29,001 bases of DNA from Oligoflexia bacterium (GTDB taxonomy: Bacteria; Bdellovibrionota; Bdellovibrionia; JABDDW01). Below the pieces are notes generated by a model that saw nothing but the letters and a program-made list of their open reading frames with translations, was not told where the DNA came from and ran no database searches. Position numbers and translations under genes: made by a program. Shown piece after piece: positions 27,158-29,001 of the stretch (position 1 is the stretch's first letter; each line of letters opens with the position of its first letter). The stretch lies in contig JAYTHU010000152.1 of NCBI GenBank assembly GCA_043732305.1, forward strand, positions 1-29,001. Reading direction: 5' to 3'.

Positions 27158-28546
27158 TTACTCTTTCTCACTTTCAGGATCCTCTTTCTTTGTCGAAATC
27201 CCGAGCTCTTCTAATTTTCTATACAAACTAGAAAGGCCAAGTCCTAATTCTTTGGAAGCTTTTTTCTTATCACCGCCACTACCTTCAAGAACTTTAACAA
27301 TGTGTTGTCGAGAAAATCGATTCACGGCCTCATCTAAATTTGAAGGAGATCCTTCTTCAGATTCGCCAAGATTTTGAAAACCCGCGGGCAAGTCGGAAAC
27401 TTCGATGGTGTTGGAATTTTTGGTCAATATCATTGCTCGCTCAATAACATTCTCAAGTTCCCGAACATTTCCAGGCCATGAATAACTCATAAGGCGCTTG
27501 AGCGCCTCATGAGACATGCTCTGAATATTTTTGCCGAGTTCGATTGCATATTTTTTCACGATTCCACGACAAAGTTCTGGAATATCTTCCTGACGTTCGC
27601 GCAACGGAGGCATCACAATTTCCACAACATTTATTCGATAATATAAATCCTGGCGAAAGAGCCCTTGCTCAACATCTGCCTTGAGATCACGATTGGTGGC
27701 AGTGATCAGGCGAGCGTCGATTTTAATGGGCTGGATGCCTCCGACAGGCACAACTTCTCGCTCTTGGATGGCGCGAAGAATTTTAACTTGGAGAAGCTTC
27801 GGCATATCTCCAATCTCATCGAGGAAAACACTTCCACCACGAGCCGTGACAAAGAGACCTTCTTTGTCGGAAACGGCACCAGTGAAAGAACCTTTTTTAT
27901 GTCCGAAAAGTTCACTCTCTAATAAATTTTCTGGGATAGCTCCGCAATTGATGGCCACAAATTTTTTGCTTTTTTGCGGACTGTTGGAATGAATAAGTCT
28001 CGCGGCCACTTCCTTACCGGTCCCACTCTCACCTGTAATAAGAACGGTTCCCTTGGTTTGAGCAACTTGATCAATCAGCTCTCGCACTTGCAAAATTGTT
28101 GGCGAGTGACCAATGAGACGATTCTGATTTGTTGGACGATTGATTTCAGCTCTTAGATTTCCAACTTCTTGTTTGAGTTCTCGATTCTCTCTCAGTATTT
28201 CGATTTTTTTAAGAACAGAATCAACGTTAAGAGGTTTCAAGAGATAGTCCAAAACCCCCGCTTGCATAGCTTGAATCACGCTTTCAACATCTGCATAAGC
28301 AGTCATAATAATGACCGCCGTCTTGGGATCCATTTCCATCGCCTTTTTGGCAACGTCAATTCCTGAGCCCCCCGGCATGCGGAAATCGGTCAAAACTAGA
28401 TCATAGCGAGTTTGTTCAAGCTGTTGAGCGGCCTCACTGACGGACCCAGCCATTTTTACGCTAAACCCTTGATCTACAAGGATTTCCGAGAGAATTTCGC
28501 GTTGATTTTTTTCGTCATCGACCACTAAAATGGCGTAAGTTTCCAT
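27158..28546 (-). CDS. sigma54-dependent response regulator (NtrC/ZraR/AtoC family)
   Basis: VVDDE, LTDFRMP, GESGTGKE, ESELFGHKKGSFTGA, FRQDLYYR, WPGNVRELEN, Fis-type HTH. Confidence 0.94.
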   Translation of the reverse strand: METYAILVVDDEKNQREILSEILVDQGFSVKMAGSVSEAAQQLEQTRYDLVLTDFRMPGGSGIDVAKKAMEMDPKTAVIIMTAYADVESVIQAMQAGVLDYLLKPLNVDSVLKKIEILRENRELKQEVGNLRAEINRPTNQNRLIGHSPTILQVRELIDQVAQTKGTVLITGESGTGKEVAARLIHSNSPQKSKKFVAINCGAIPENLLESELFGHKKGSFTGAVSDKEGLFVTARGGSVFLDEIGDMPKLLQVKILRAIQEREVVPVGGIQPIKIDARLITATNRDLKADVEQGLFRQDLYYRINVVEIVMPPLRERQEDIPELCRGIVKKYAIELGKNIQSMSHEALKRLMSYSWPGNVRELENVIERAMILTKNSNTIEVSDLPAGFQNLGESEEGSPSNLDEAVNRFSRQHIVKVLEGSGGDKKKASKELGLGLSSLYRKLEELGISTKKEDPESEKE

Positions 28547-28631
28547 GACTCTTATAGGACCGCAAATCAGGGCTTCCCGTCAACCCGAAGATTTGGTACA
28601 AGATCTTTCAATCATCTCATGACCATTCATT

Positions 28632-28706
28632 GCGAGCATAGCTCAGTGGTAGAGCACTGCACTCACACTGCAGGGGTCGTAGGTTCGACACCTACTGCTC
28701 GCACCA
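28632..28706 (+). tRNA. tRNA-Val, anticodon CAC
   Basis: Acceptor GCGAGCA/TGCTCGC + ACCA; D arm GCTC/GAGC; anticodon arm CTGCA-CTCACAC-TGCAG; T arm GTAGG-TTCGACA-CCTAC. Confidence 0.97.
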
Positions 28707-28762
28707 GTTTACATTTTCCCTCATTTGCGACAGTACCTTGAAGGGTTTTTTCAATTCATATT

Positions 28763-28899
28763 GCAGACTTACGCCATCCCAAAGCGGGTTCGAGAGTACG
28801 AGCTGGAGGAACTCACGCTGTTCTTGGGGTGATCTTGAAAGCCAAATCCGAAGATCGAATAAGTCGAAAAATTACGAACCACCTAAAGGTGGTTTTTTT
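28763..28899 (+). ncRNA. Candidate structured RNA or attenuator leader of unknown family
   Basis: P1 GACTTA/TAAGTC, P2 CATCCCAA/TTGGGGTG + AGCG/CGCT, P3 GATCTT/AAGATC, followed by a terminator; pairing by eye only. Confidence 0.4.
28877..28899 (+). terminator. Intrinsic terminator
   Basis: AACCACC-TAAA-GGTGGTT followed by a T run. Confidence 0.85.
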
Positions 28900-29001
28900 G
28901 TGCCTGGATGTTGCCGTTTATGATTTTCGCGGGCAACTTTGCGATTTTTAGAGATCACCGTCCTTTCGAGCAGTGGATTTACGCGTAAGAGTGCTGCCGG
29001 C

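Noticed and set aside
47..28366. Many 60-140 aa ORFs in the track lying antisense or out of frame within the called genes (e.g. 57-326, 1110-1433, 11881-12303, 26629-27000, 27681-27992)
   Set aside because: Shadows of well-supported genes; no family motifs or independent translation signals
28547..28583. TTGACG...TATAAG promoter for the response regulator
   Set aside because: Spacer is 21 bp, outside the normal range
18607..28706. Genomic island integrated at tRNA-Val
   Set aside because: The block lies 5' of the tRNA, and I saw no integrase or duplicated tRNA 3' end
28763..28899. Assignment as T-box, TPP, ykkC, c-di-GMP riboswitch, 6S, SRP or RNase P RNA
   Set aside because: Diagnostic conserved strings (e.g. 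T-box UGGNACC, TPP CUGAGA, RNase P GAGGAAAGUCC) are absent
28738..28923. 61-aa ORF after the tRNA
   Set aside because: TTG start without SD, runs through a terminator, no protein-like features
28908..28988. 26-aa ORF MLPFMIFAGNFAIFRDHRPFEQWIYA as a type I toxin or leader peptide
   Set aside because: No clear SD and the hydrophobic stretch is too short for confidence

Overview
Bacterial chromosomal window, densely coding. Gene content (several sigma54 activators, ftsEX-envC-ctpA, tolQRAB) suggests a Gram-negative Bdellovibrionota/deltaproteobacterial-type organism; this is inference only. From left to right: (1) a minus-strand envelope/division operon (88-aa hypothetical, ftsE, ftsX, degenerate-LytM envC, ctpA); (2) tryptophan 2,3-dioxygenase converging on an 8-gene kynurenine/3-hydroxyanthranilate operon (kynB, 2-aminomuconate semialdehyde dehydrogenase, RidA-type deaminase, nbaC, ACMSD, kynU, kmo, and an atypical SDR); (3) GDPD, tolQ-tolR-tolA-tolB with no pal, then a secreted cyclophilin; (4) a KinB/AlgB-like two-component system plus methyltransferase, divergent from a sigma54-promoter rfbD-rfbC-GT2 unit; (5) a second sigma54 two-component system directly upstream of a complete enhancer/IHF/sigma54 promoter driving three tiny envelope proteins, one of them (28 aa) absent from the ORF track; (6) tRNA-Val(CAC) followed by a candidate structured RNA and terminator. 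The best candidates for undescribed biology are the sigma54 small-protein operon, the SDR as a possible oxalocrotonate reductase, and the two-state RNA after the tRNA. All calls are from motif reading by eye; no searches were run.
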